Positions 41,057 through 49,838 of a stretch of 64,000 nucleotides of DNA are shown here, piece after piece (position 1 is the stretch's first letter; each line of letters begins with the position of its first letter). The stretch spans positions 3,936,001 through 4,000,000 of the forward strand of contig OZ220741.1 of assembly GCA_965116885.1 (NCBI GenBank), written 5' to 3'. This DNA is from Candidatus Latescibacterota bacterium (GTDB lineage Bacteria > Latescibacterota > UBA2968). The translations under genes were made by a program, and so were the position numbers. Under the pieces are notes generated by a model, which saw only the letters and a program-made list of their open reading frames with translations, did no database searches and was not told where the DNA came from.

Positions 41057-41449
41057 ATGGAAATTTTTCTTTTGATTGTTCATGTGATCGTTTGTGCGGT
41101 ACTCATTCTGGTTATTTTGATGCAGCCCGGCAGAAGTGGTGGGCTGTCCGGCGGTGCTTTTGGCGGTATGGGTGGTGGTGGCACATCGATGTTTGGCGGG
41201 GGTGGTGCCGTGCCTATGTTGGCAAAAGTGACGACGTATGTGGGGATTATTTTCGCGCTGACGTGCATCGGGCTTTGGTACGCGGGACGTTCGACGGACT
41301 CTGTACCGTCAACGGCTGCTGAGCGATTAATGGAAGAGGGGCAGATGCCCATGCAACAAATTCCTCAACCTTTGACCTTTCCGGAAACCACACCCACTGA
41401 AGGAACAACCCAAACAGCACCGGCCGATACCGGCAGTACCACGCCGTAG
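41057..41449 (+). CDS. secG: Preprotein translocase subunit SecG
   Basis: Two TM helices with LMQ..GGL.G.FGG linker; canonical tpiA-secG-tRNA-Leu order. Confidence 0.92.
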   Translation: MEIFLLIVHVIVCAVLILVILMQPGRSGGLSGGAFGGMGGGGTSMFGGGGAVPMLAKVTTYVGIIFALTCIGLWYAGRSTDSVPSTAAERLMEEGQMPMQQIPQPLTFPETTPTEGTTQTAPADTGSTTP

Positions 41450-41456
41450 ATTTTGT

Positions 41457-41543
41457 GCCGAAGTGGTGGAATTGGTAGACACGCTGTCTTGAGGGGGCAG
41501 TACTCGAAAGGGTGTAGGGGTTCGAATCCCCTCTTCGGCACCA
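41457..41543 (+). tRNA. tRNA-Leu (anticodon GAG)
   Basis: Acceptor GCCGAAG/CTTCGGC, D-loop TGGTAGAC, anticodon arm CTGTC-TTGAGGG-GGCAG, long variable arm, GGTTCGAATCC, encoded CCA. Confidence 0.96.
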
Positions 41544-41553
41544 CAATAAAAGC

Positions 41554-41588
41554 AAGGGCTTGTGATATATGCATCGCAAGCCCTTTTT
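41554..41588 (+). terminator. Intrinsic terminator after the tRNA
   Basis: aagggcttgtgat-atatgc-atcgcaagccctt followed by a T run. Confidence 0.8.
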
Positions 41589-41610
41589 CTGTCGATAGGA
41601 GTAAGAGGCC

Positions 41611-43197
41611 ATGCGTTGGCATATCCTCGCCTTACTATCCATTGTGCTTCTGATTCAACCTCTTCGGGCTAATGTCGCGTTAGAACAAGTCCCCAGTCCA
41701 GATTTTGATAATAGTGGCGTGGTTGATTTTCCCGACTTTTTGCTATTTGTGGCCAAGTTTGGAGCACGTCAGAGCGATGAAAAGTATGATGAGCGTTTTG
41801 ATTTGGATGGCGATGGTGAGATCGGGTTCGACGATTTTTTGCGTTTTGCCACAGACTTTGGCAAAACAGTCGCGCCAGATGGGGGGACTCCGACGGGAGA
41901 TAATAGGAAAATTCTCGGCTCGTTATTTATCTCGAAGGTATGGGCTGGACATCCCGTTAATTTTGACCTGTTGACTTATGGCGATGTACAATTTGTCGCA
42001 TTTTACGATGCCGACCGCAAAATGACGGTGGGAATGAGAAATTTAGATGCAGGGACGTGGACATTTGAACAGCCCAGAGGTGTATGGCTGGAGAATCGAG
42101 GCCGACTGTCGTCGGAAACTGGATGGGACACTCACAATTATCTGACGATGGCCATTGATGCCGACGATCACATTCATTTGAGCGGGAATATGCACGTGGA
42201 TCCGCTGATTTACTTTCGCACAACGCGGCCTCTCGATGTGAGGCGTTTTGAGCGCATTGATTCTATGGTGGGAGAAAGTGAAGACCGCTGTACTTATCCC
42301 GTGTTTATGCGCGGTCCCAATAATGAGTTAATTTTCAGGTATCGAGACGGCAGTAGTGGTAATGCGGTTGAATTTTACAATATCTATGATGTTGAGACCA
42401 GAACCTGGCGAAGATTGCACGATACGCCGTTATTAGATGGGTTGGGGCGGATGAATGCGTACGCACGCAGCCCCCAGAAAGGTCCCGATGGGATGTTCCA
42501 CATGATCTGGATGTGGCGCGATACACCCGATGCTGCGACCAATCACGATATCTCCTATGCCCGTAGCCGAGATCTGGTCGCCTGGGAAACGGGTGGCGGC
42601 GATGCGCTGGAATTACCGATTACAATAGAAAGCGGTGCCATTGTCGATCCCGTGCCGCCGAGGAGTGGAATGATAAATATGACGCAGTCATTGGGTTTTG
42701 ATCACCAGAAACGCCCGGTGATCAGTTATCACAAGCACGATGAAAATGGATACACGCAAGCCTATTGTGCGCGATTGGAATACGGCGAATGGGTTGTGTA
42801 CAAGGTGAGCGATTGGACCTATCGGTGGGAATTTGGAGGGGGCGGATCAATTGTCGCAGAGATTCGGTTGGGCAGCGTAAAGGTGGAGTCCGATGGGGGC
42901 CTGAGTATGAGCTATATACATGCGAAAGAAGGACGGGGGATCTGGAAGTTGGATCCCCAAAGTCTGCAAGTGATCGGGACTTATCCGCCGCCCCCGAGTG
43001 CGATACCCGGAGAATTGGCGCGCGTGATTTCTCAGTACCCGGGGATGAGGATCAATACGCGCTGGGCGCGGGGATCAGGCACAAGACCCGGTGAGCGATA
43101 TCTCTTGCGCTGGGAAACGCTGGGGCGCAATCGGGACCTGCCCCGAGAGGAGATCCCACCGCCGAGTGATTTGAGGCTTTATATTCTTTCGAAGTAA
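41611..43197 (+). CDS. Secreted BNR_4-like beta-propeller protein with N-terminal paired EF-hand/dockerin-like module
   Basis: Signal peptide; DFDNSGVVDFPDF and DLDGDGEIGFDDF; DTHNY....D....IHLSGNMH, TYP.F, YRDG.SGN, NHDISYARSRD...W. Confidence 0.8.
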   Translation: MRWHILALLSIVLLIQPLRANVALEQVPSPDFDNSGVVDFPDFLLFVAKFGARQSDEKYDERFDLDGDGEIGFDDFLRFATDFGKTVAPDGGTPTGDNRKILGSLFISKVWAGHPVNFDLLTYGDVQFVAFYDADRKMTVGMRNLDAGTWTFEQPRGVWLENRGRLSSETGWDTHNYLTMAIDADDHIHLSGNMHVDPLIYFRTTRPLDVRRFERIDSMVGESEDRCTYPVFMRGPNNELIFRYRDGSSGNAVEFYNIYDVETRTWRRLHDTPLLDGLGRMNAYARSPQKGPDGMFHMIWMWRDTPDAATNHDISYARSRDLVAWETGGGDALELPITIESGAIVDPVPPRSGMINMTQSLGFDHQKRPVISYHKHDENGYTQAYCARLEYGEWVVYKVSDWTYRWEFGGGGSIVAEIRLGSVKVESDGGLSMSYIHAKEGRGIWKLDPQSLQVIGTYPPPPSAIPGELARVISQYPGMRINTRWARGSGTRPGERYLLRWETLGRNRDLPREEIPPPSDLRLYILSK

Positions 43198-43241
43198 AAG
43201 CCCATTGGTTGCGTATGTACAACATCAACGGAGGATGCTTT

Positions 43242-43730
43242 ATGAAACGGCTCTATATCGTGCGTCATGCCAAGTCGGATTGGAGTTATGTCGGGTTGGC
43301 TGATTTTGATCGGCCCCTGAACAAGCGCGGAAGAAGGGATTCGAAGCGCATGGGCAAATATCTGAAGCGGGCGTGGAAGGTCAAACCAGATTACTTGTTG
43401 TGCAGCACGGCCAAGCGCGTGCGATCTACTGTCAAGCGGTTGCGCAAATCTCTCAATTTTTCCAAAAAACGGATTGAATGGCACGGGCGCATTTATTCGG
43501 GGCACAGTGGGGATGTGCTGGATTTGATTCGACAGGTCGATAATCGGTATCGGGAGGTTATGGTGATAGGACATAATCCGGATATGACCGTATTGGTCAA
43601 TGAACTCACGGGATCTGCTATCGCCAATGTGCCGACTTGTGGTGTCGCAGGTATTGATCTGCCGATTGATGATTGGTCGGATGCAGTGTCGGGAGATCTG
43701 GTGTTTTTTGAGGTGCCCAAGTCGATTTGA
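43242..43730 (+). CDS. Histidine phosphatase family protein (SixA-like)
   Basis: RHAKSDW, D.DRPLNKRG, STAKR, GHNP; GGAGG RBS before ATG 43242. Confidence 0.92.
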   Translation: MKRLYIVRHAKSDWSYVGLADFDRPLNKRGRRDSKRMGKYLKRAWKVKPDYLLCSTAKRVRSTVKRLRKSLNFSKKRIEWHGRIYSGHSGDVLDLIRQVDNRYREVMVIGHNPDMTVLVNELTGSAIANVPTCGVAGIDLPIDDWSDAVSGDLVFFEVPKSI

Positions 43731-43803
43731 CATGGCTGTAACTTATCCGCAACCTGACTGTCACAGAATGCGGGTATTTTCTCACCTCAGTCAGCTTCCG
43801 CGT

Positions 43804-43844
43804 GGGGGTCGGTTCTTTACTTGAGAATCGGCCCTCGTTTTTTT
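43804..43844 (+). terminator. Intrinsic terminator between convergent genes
   Basis: gggggtcggttct-N7-agaatcggccctc then g-T7. Confidence 0.7.
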
Positions 43845-43851
43845 GGGGCCC

Positions 43852-45012
43852 TCAATACGTCTCAGATACGTCGAGCACGGTGCTGTCTTCCGCGCTTTTA
43901 GTTGTATTGGAGTTTTTGATCTTTTCCCGGAGTTTTTCATAGAAGAGATCGCTGTCAACCGGGATATCTACCCAATCGTCTGTCCAGGCAGATAAGAGCA
44001 TGGCATTGGCCAATTCGACGCCTTTGACTCCTTCGACCCCAGGCGCGAGGAGTGGACTGCCCGTGCGTATGGCGTCAACCCAGTTTTGCGTGATGCCGCG
44101 ATGGGCTTCGCCACCGCTGCCCGTGGGGATGTCGCATTTCCAGGATTCGGGGCTGCCAAAGCCGCCTTTGTATTCTTTGCAGAATTTGCTGACGGATTCG
44201 CGGGTGCGCCAGAAGGTGATATCTCCACCTTCCATGACGACTTTGCCGCGATCGCCAGTGATTTCGAGACGGTTGGTGCCGGGAGCTTCGCCTGTTGTGG
44301 TAATGAATACACCCGTTGCGCCATTTTCGTATTCCACATAGGCGGTGACTTCGTCATCGACTTCGATATCGTGGTATTTACCAAATCCGACAAATGCCCT
44401 GCATCGGATGGGCATACCGCAAATCCACTGCCACAGGTCGAGGTTGTGCGGGCACTGGTTCATTAAGACGCCGCCGCCTTCGCCTTCCCAGGTCGCGCGC
44501 CAACCACCTGAGTCGTAATAACTTTGCGAGCGGAACCAGGTGGTGATGATGTAATTCGTGCGCTGAATTTCGCCCAAATCACCCGATGCGACCAGGTCTT
44601 TGAGTTTTTGGTGTGCTCCAATGGTGCGCTGGTTGAACATGAGACCGAAAACGCGGTCGCTTTTTTCAGCTACAGCATTCATTTCTTCGACCTGTTTGGT
44701 ATAAACACCTGCGGGCTTTTCAATGAGCACATGCAATCCGCTGTTCATGGCTTGAATCGCCAGTGGCGGATGCAGGTAGTGCGGTGTGGCGACGATGACG
44801 GCATCGACAGTTCCAGAAGCCATCATATCATCGGCACTGTCGAATGTGCGGACGTTTTCGCCCAGGTTTTCACGCGCCCACTTGATGCGGTCGGGATCTA
44901 TGTCGCAGATGGCGGTGAGTTCGGCATTGGATACCTCACCCGGGTGCAAATAAAGACTATGTCCACTGCCCATGTTGCCAATGCCAATAATGCCGATGCG
45001 TACCTTATCCAT
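43852..45012 (-). CDS. Gfo/Idh/MocA family oxidoreductase
   Basis: GIIGIGNMG, ATPHYLH, EKPAG, GGGVLMNQCPHNLD; ATG 45012 has an AAGGAG RBS. Confidence 0.93.
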   Translation of the reverse strand: MDKVRIGIIGIGNMGSGHSLYLHPGEVSNAELTAICDIDPDRIKWARENLGENVRTFDSADDMMASGTVDAVIVATPHYLHPPLAIQAMNSGLHVLIEKPAGVYTKQVEEMNAVAEKSDRVFGLMFNQRTIGAHQKLKDLVASGDLGEIQRTNYIITTWFRSQSYYDSGGWRATWEGEGGGVLMNQCPHNLDLWQWICGMPIRCRAFVGFGKYHDIEVDDEVTAYVEYENGATGVFITTTGEAPGTNRLEITGDRGKVVMEGGDITFWRTRESVSKFCKEYKGGFGSPESWKCDIPTGSGGEAHRGITQNWVDAIRTGSPLLAPGVEGVKGVELANAMLLSAWTDDWVDIPVDSDLFYEKLREKIKNSNTTKSAEDSTVLDVSETY

Positions 45013-45053
45013 AAAAATTCTCCTTATTTTTTTCAGGGTAGAGGGGTTATGCT

Positions 45054-45180
45054 GATCTTGTTTTGGGTGGATGTGGGAGCATCCTGAACATCCTTTCATC
45101 CTTACATCCCGATCCTGTTTTGGGTGGATGCGGGGGGGATCCTGAACATCCTTTCATCCTTACATCCTGATCCTGTTTTG
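45054..45180 (-). repeat. 57/58-bp tandem repeat (about 2.2 copies), AGGAT-rich on the minus strand, overlapping the 3' end of the enolase-family gene
   Basis: Units start at 45054, 45111 and 45169: gatc(t/c)tgttttgggtggatg...atcctgaacatcctttcatccttacatcc. Confidence 0.88.
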
Positions 45181-46299
45181 TTCGATATAATCCCAGTTGA
45201 TGTTCATGCCCAATCCCGGACGCTGGGGAACGTGAACGAATCCTTTGTCATCCAGGGGTTCGCCGTGTTCGTGAAGCCAGGGTGCGTGTTCGTCGAAGTC
45301 GATGAAAGGGTGGAGGAGGCCGCGTTCGTAAAATTCGCCATTGGTCATGGCGCACAGGGCGTGCAGGTTGCCGGGACCGCCTCCGTGGATTTCGCAGCGC
45401 ATGCCAAAGGATTCGCACAGGTGTACGGTTTTCATCAGGGGGGTCAGGCCGCCCACATCGCCGACGCCGCAGCGGGAAATGTCGCAGGCACCGGCTTTGA
45501 TCCATTCGGCGCGGACATACATTTTGCCTTCGCATGTTTCGGGACCACATATTGGTAAGGATGTTTGCTCACAGAGCCAGACATAGGACGACATGCTGTG
45601 TTCGTCCATGGGTTCTTCCATCCAGTAATAGTCGAGTTTTTCAAGTCCTTTTGCCAGGGCGAGCGAGGCTTCGCGGTCGTAATAGTGATAGGGGTCGAGC
45701 ATGAGGGGCACATCGGGGCCGACGGCTTCGCGCACGGCTGCGCAGGCTTCGAGGTCGCGTTTGACACTGGGTGCGCCCTCGTAAGGTGGCTGCCAGGTGT
45801 GGAGTTTGAAGGCGGGGTAGCCGCGTTTCATACACCATTCGGCAAAGCGGGCATAGTCTTCGGGCGTGGCCAGACCGCCTTCGAGGTCGTCGCCGCACAT
45901 GGTAGAGGCATAGGCGGGCACTTTGTCGCGGTACCCGCCGAGCAATTTGTAAACGGGTTGATTGAGGGCGCGTCCGGCGAGGTCCCAGAGGGCGAGGTCA
46001 ACGGACATGATGACTTTGTCGGTTATCGTGTCTGAGTTGATGCGCTGGCGGTGGTTGAGGTCGTGCCAGATTTGTTCGCGCATAAAGGGATCTTTGCCAA
46101 TGAGTTCTGGTTTGACCATGCTGTTGATCACCCGTGCATTTGCGCCAAACCAGTACCCGCACACATCTTCGTCGGTTGAAATGATGAGCAGGGTCTGAAC
46201 GGCTTCGCGTTCGGGACCTGGATGTCCGTGTCCATCGCTGTCCTGTTCGGTGTTGGCGATATATTTGAATTGAATGGTTTCGACATCGGTGATTTTCAA
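45160..46299 (-). CDS. Mandelate racemase/muconate lactonizing enzyme family protein
   Basis: VDLALWDLAGR...PVYKLLGG, FKLH, LMLD, WMEEP, GPE, PGLG; TTG start with AAAGGAG. Confidence 0.92.
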   Translation of the reverse strand: MKITDVETIQFKYIANTEQDSDGHGHPGPEREAVQTLLIISTDEDVCGYWFGANARVINSMVKPELIGKDPFMREQIWHDLNHRQRINSDTITDKVIMSVDLALWDLAGRALNQPVYKLLGGYRDKVPAYASTMCGDDLEGGLATPEDYARFAEWCMKRGYPAFKLHTWQPPYEGAPSVKRDLEACAAVREAVGPDVPLMLDPYHYYDREASLALAKGLEKLDYYWMEEPMDEHSMSSYVWLCEQTSLPICGPETCEGKMYVRAEWIKAGACDISRCGVGDVGGLTPLMKTVHLCESFGMRCEIHGGGPGNLHALCAMTNGEFYERGLLHPFIDFDEHAPWLHEHGEPLDDKGFVHVPQRPGLGMNINWDYIEQNRIRM

Positions 46300-46311
46300 G
46301 GAGAACTCCTT

Positions 46312-47763
46312 TCAATAAAGCGGTCTATAACGCAGGTCTCCGCCTTCTTCTTGTTGTTTTTTGTAATCGGCTTCGAGTGCTTCTCGCACCCAGTATTGTG
46401 GGGCAGAGACGTAGTTCGATTGGTGTTTCTGATTGTCAATCCAGTGTTCGAGCAAGCGGGATTTGAGGTCGTTTTCAACATGGGCGAATAGTGCGTCGCC
46501 CGCGTGGTTGACGAGTTCCTCGGGGTCGTTTTCGAGGTCGTATAGTTCGGCAGATCCGTCGGCGTAGTGCGCGTATTTGTAGCGTTCGGTTCGCACCATA
46601 GCGCGACCGCCGATTTCGCAAAATGCGGCATCTCGAATGGTCGCGGTGGGATCTTTGAATAATAGGCGAATGTCTTCTCCCTGGAGTGTGCTGGGCGGTT
46701 TGGCTTCGCAGGCATGGTAAAAGAGCGGTACGAGATCGATGATGCTGACAAGGCCTGGTGCGCGCTGATGGGCGGGGATATCGGGGCCGCGCATGATGAG
46801 GGGCACGCGAGACATGCAGTCGTAAAAGAAGCCTTTGAAGGGCAGACCGTAATCACCCAATGCGTCGCCGTGGTCGCTGGTGAAGATGATGAGGGTGTCG
46901 TCGAGTACGCCATGGGCTTCGAGCGCGGCGATGATTTTGCCAATGCCTTCGTCTATCAGGCTGATGTTGGCGTAGTAGTGCTCGCGCCATTTGTAGTAGT
47001 GTTCTGTCGTGGCTTTTGAATAGTCCAGGCGAAACATGGAGTTGGACAGGCTGCCGCTGCCGCGGTCTCTTTGTGCAGGTGGTTTATCGACAATCTCTTC
47101 TGGGTAACCGAGGGGTTCGGGTATGGGTGCATCGGCATACATACGGGCCATGTCTTCGGGGGGATCGTAGGGGTCGTGGGGGCCGGGAAAGCTGACCCAT
47201 GCGGCAAAGGGTTCGTTCCCATTTTGTTGTATCCATTCGGCTGCCTGGTCGCCGACAAAGCCATCGACGTGGAATTTTCGCTCTCTCGGTGTGATGGATG
47301 CGCCCAGATTTTCGTAATATCCCGGCAATGTGGTGGGGTGCGGTCGGTCGAGGCCGTGTGCAGCGAGAAATTGTACGTGGTGGTCGGGCAGGAAAATGTG
47401 CCGTTTGTCTTCGGCCATGATGCGTTCGTCAAAGCCCTGGTGCGAATCCCAGGGGTGAAAGTGCATTTTGCCAATGGCTGCGGTGCGCCTTCCGGTCTCG
47501 GATATGATGCGCGGCCAGGTTGGGACATGATCGGGTAGCCAGTTGCCATTGCCGAGCACGCCGGTCACGCTGGGGTACTGTCCGCTCATGATGGATGCGC
47601 GACAAGGTACGCATACAGGGGAGGGGACAATGCAGTGGTCAAATACCATGCCTTCAAGTGCAAGGCGGTCGAGGTTGGGAGTTTGCATAAAGTCGAGGCC
47701 GTAACAGGGGAGGCTGTCCCAGCGCTGTTGATCGGTGGTGATTAATAGGAGGTTGCGAGCCAT
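46312..47763 (-). CDS. Sulfatase (Cys type)
   Basis: NLLLITTDQQR, CVPCRAS, GKMH, GPHDPYDPP, SDHGD. Confidence 0.93.
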   Translation of the reverse strand: MARNLLLITTDQQRWDSLPCYGLDFMQTPNLDRLALEGMVFDHCIVPSPVCVPCRASIMSGQYPSVTGVLGNGNWLPDHVPTWPRIISETGRRTAAIGKMHFHPWDSHQGFDERIMAEDKRHIFLPDHHVQFLAAHGLDRPHPTTLPGYYENLGASITPRERKFHVDGFVGDQAAEWIQQNGNEPFAAWVSFPGPHDPYDPPEDMARMYADAPIPEPLGYPEEIVDKPPAQRDRGSGSLSNSMFRLDYSKATTEHYYKWREHYYANISLIDEGIGKIIAALEAHGVLDDTLIIFTSDHGDALGDYGLPFKGFFYDCMSRVPLIMRGPDIPAHQRAPGLVSIIDLVPLFYHACEAKPPSTLQGEDIRLLFKDPTATIRDAAFCEIGGRAMVRTERYKYAHYADGSAELYDLENDPEELVNHAGDALFAHVENDLKSRLLEHWIDNQKHQSNYVSAPQYWVREALEADYKKQQEEGGDLRYRPLY

Positions 47764-47944
47764 GAGGTGCTCCGGAATGAGGGTGTTGTTCAGGTGGATC
47801 AAAAGGACGGGACAAGATAGGATGGGGAAAAAGGTATGGCAAAGTATTTCTGTTGGTCAAGTTGAGCAGAATTAAAAAAGAAAGCTTATTCTGTTCTGTA
47901 TCGCGCAAATCAGGCTCTTATTTTATTTTTCGTGCATTGTGCTG

Positions 47945-47973
47945 TTGCTTATATCGAGGTCTAACACTATCTT
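47945..47973 (+). promoter_or_regulatory. Possible sigma70 promoter for the S9 peptidase
   Basis: TTGCTT-N17-TATCTT in an AT-rich divergent gap. Confidence 0.35.
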
Positions 47974-48032
47974 GTGGGGCGATTTGTTTGTCTCATTGAA
48001 TTGTGCATGGAGTTCTGGTCGGAAGGATTGCT

Positions 48033-49838
48033 ATGGATGTGTTACTGGATGATGTCAAATTGCCGTCGCATTTAGATCGTCTGACAGATACGGCTCTGGA
48101 TCTCAGGCGCGTTCAAGGGATGGTGCGCGTTGGTTCTGAGGTGTTATTTGTAATCTTGAGTGGCTCCTTGTTCAAGCTGACGACAGAGCGGGCTGTGCTC
48201 GAACCCGTGTTTGATTCTGTGACACGCTTATGGCCAGCCGATGAAAATTGTGCGCTGGTCGAATCTGAAGGTGCGCTATGGCGGGTTGATCTGGATGGTA
48301 CAAAGGGGCGCTTGCTCACTATTCCCAAAGGGACGATTTCCTATGATGTCAAATGGGGAATACGGGGCCTGGTTGTGGGTGCGCTTGTGGATCGCCGCGC
48401 GCCCGTAGATCCCAAAGCACCTTATTTTTACCCCGCGTCGAGAGAAAAGGTCACGCTGTGTCGATATGCTTCTATTGAGGGGTGGCACGACCTTGCCGAT
48501 GTGTCAGAAGGGTGTGGAAACCTGAGTATGTGCCGGTATGGTCGTCGAATCGCGTGGCGAGAATCCCTCAATGTGATTCCCGAAGAAGCGCAGCGGGGAG
48601 AGTTTTACGGCTTTGATTTAAATACAAATGAGGTACGGAAACTGACCGAGGGCGCGGGCAAAGCCGGTCGCGTGGTGATGGCTTCGGATGGCTCTGCGCT
48701 GCTTTACGAAGCCAATCACGAGGCGGTGTATCCCATTACAACGCATACGGATTTGTGGTGGTTGTCATGGGATGGCAGCGAACGGGTGAATCTCACAGAG
48801 GGCGGACGTTATATTGCGCGCTTTGGCTGGGGACATCGAGAAAAGACCGTCTGGGTGTCGTTTGTAGAGGGGTTGGAAATGCAGACGGAAGTACTGGCTC
48901 TGGACGGGACGCCAGAGGGAACATTTGGCGATTTGGACGCGGTATCAGATATTGTGTGGATGCCCGATAGTCTGGCTATTTTTGAAACCGAAGACGCGGA
49001 GCGATTTCCCGCAATTTGGACGGGAACGCGCCGTGTGCCTTTGCCTCAGCCAGCGAATTACGAGGATTTGCGCGTTTTAGAAATGGAATGGGAAGCTCCC
49101 GATGGCATGGAGATCGAAGGGGTGCTCTACGAAGCAGACGGCCTTAGAGGCTCTGCACCGTTGCTGGTTTCTGCACATGGCGGGCCTGCCGCGCCAGTGG
49201 AAAATGTGCGGAGTGAGGCGGTTCGGTATCGCCATTTGCTGCGGGCGGGCTACCGGGTTTTTCGTCCGGCATTTCGGGGTTCTCTGGGTTTTGGAGACGA
49301 TTTCGCACGGAGCAATATCGGATGCCAGGGGCGGGCTGATCTCGAGGATATTATTTCGGGTGTTGATTTTTTGATTGGAGAAGGGCTTGTATTAAAAAAC
49401 CGGGTGGGTATTTTTGGTGCGTCTTACGGGGGATATATGACTCTGCGGGCACTGTCTGTGACGGATCGATTCCATGCTGGTGTCGCGCTTTTCGGTTTTA
49501 TCGACAACAGGCGGATGACTTTGGAAACGGGTGATTTTACGTATGAGACTGAGTATTTGGAACCGCTGTCGTGGCCGATTACAGAGCGTACGCGCGGGGG
49601 CGATGTGTTTCCCAATTTGGGTGCAATTCGCACACCACTCCTGTTGTTGCACGGCGATCAGGATCCGATTTGTCCGCTGTCAGAATCCAAAGTCACCTGT
49701 CGCGCGCTGGAATCACTGGGGGTACCGGTGGGGTTGGTGGTGTATCCGGGTGAGGGCCATGGGTTTCGCAAAGAGAAAAACCGCCGCGATAGTGCGCGGC
49801 GAACGCTGGCATGGTTTTTGAATTATTTGTCTCCGTGA
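48033..49838 (+). CDS. S9 family peptidase (dipeptidyl aminopeptidase/acylaminoacyl peptidase-like)
   Basis: HGGP, FRGS.GFG, GASYGG, HGDQD, YPGEGH; TolB-like propeller segments upstream. Confidence 0.9.
   Translation: MDVLLDDVKLPSHLDRLTDTALDLRRVQGMVRVGSEVLFVILSGSLFKLTTERAVLEPVFDSVTRLWPADENCALVESEGALWRVDLDGTKGRLLTIPKGTISYDVKWGIRGLVVGALVDRRAPVDPKAPYFYPASREKVTLCRYASIEGWHDLADVSEGCGNLSMCRYGRRIAWRESLNVIPEEAQRGEFYGFDLNTNEVRKLTEGAGKAGRVVMASDGSALLYEANHEAVYPITTHTDLWWLSWDGSERVNLTEGGRYIARFGWGHREKTVWVSFVEGLEMQTEVLALDGTPEGTFGDLDAVSDIVWMPDSLAIFETEDAERFPAIWTGTRRVPLPQPANYEDLRVLEMEWEAPDGMEIEGVLYEADGLRGSAPLLVSAHGGPAAPVENVRSEAVRYRHLLRAGYRVFRPAFRGSLGFGDDFARSNIGCQGRADLEDIISGVDFLIGEGLVLKNRVGIFGASYGGYMTLRALSVTDRFHAGVALFGFIDNRRMTLETGDFTYETEYLEPLSWPITERTRGGDVFPNLGAIRTPLLLLHGDQDPICPLSESKVTCRALESLGVPVGLVVYPGEGHGFRKEKNRRDSARRTLAWFLNYLSP

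Noticed and set aside
41457..41543. Island integrated at tRNA-Leu
   Set aside because: No integrase downstream, and I saw no second copy of the tRNA 3' end in the window.
45054..45180. CRISPR array (also considered for 52177-52279 and 58301-58388)
   Set aside because: Units are contiguous or have no unique spacers of CRISPR length, there are too few copies, and no cas genes are present.
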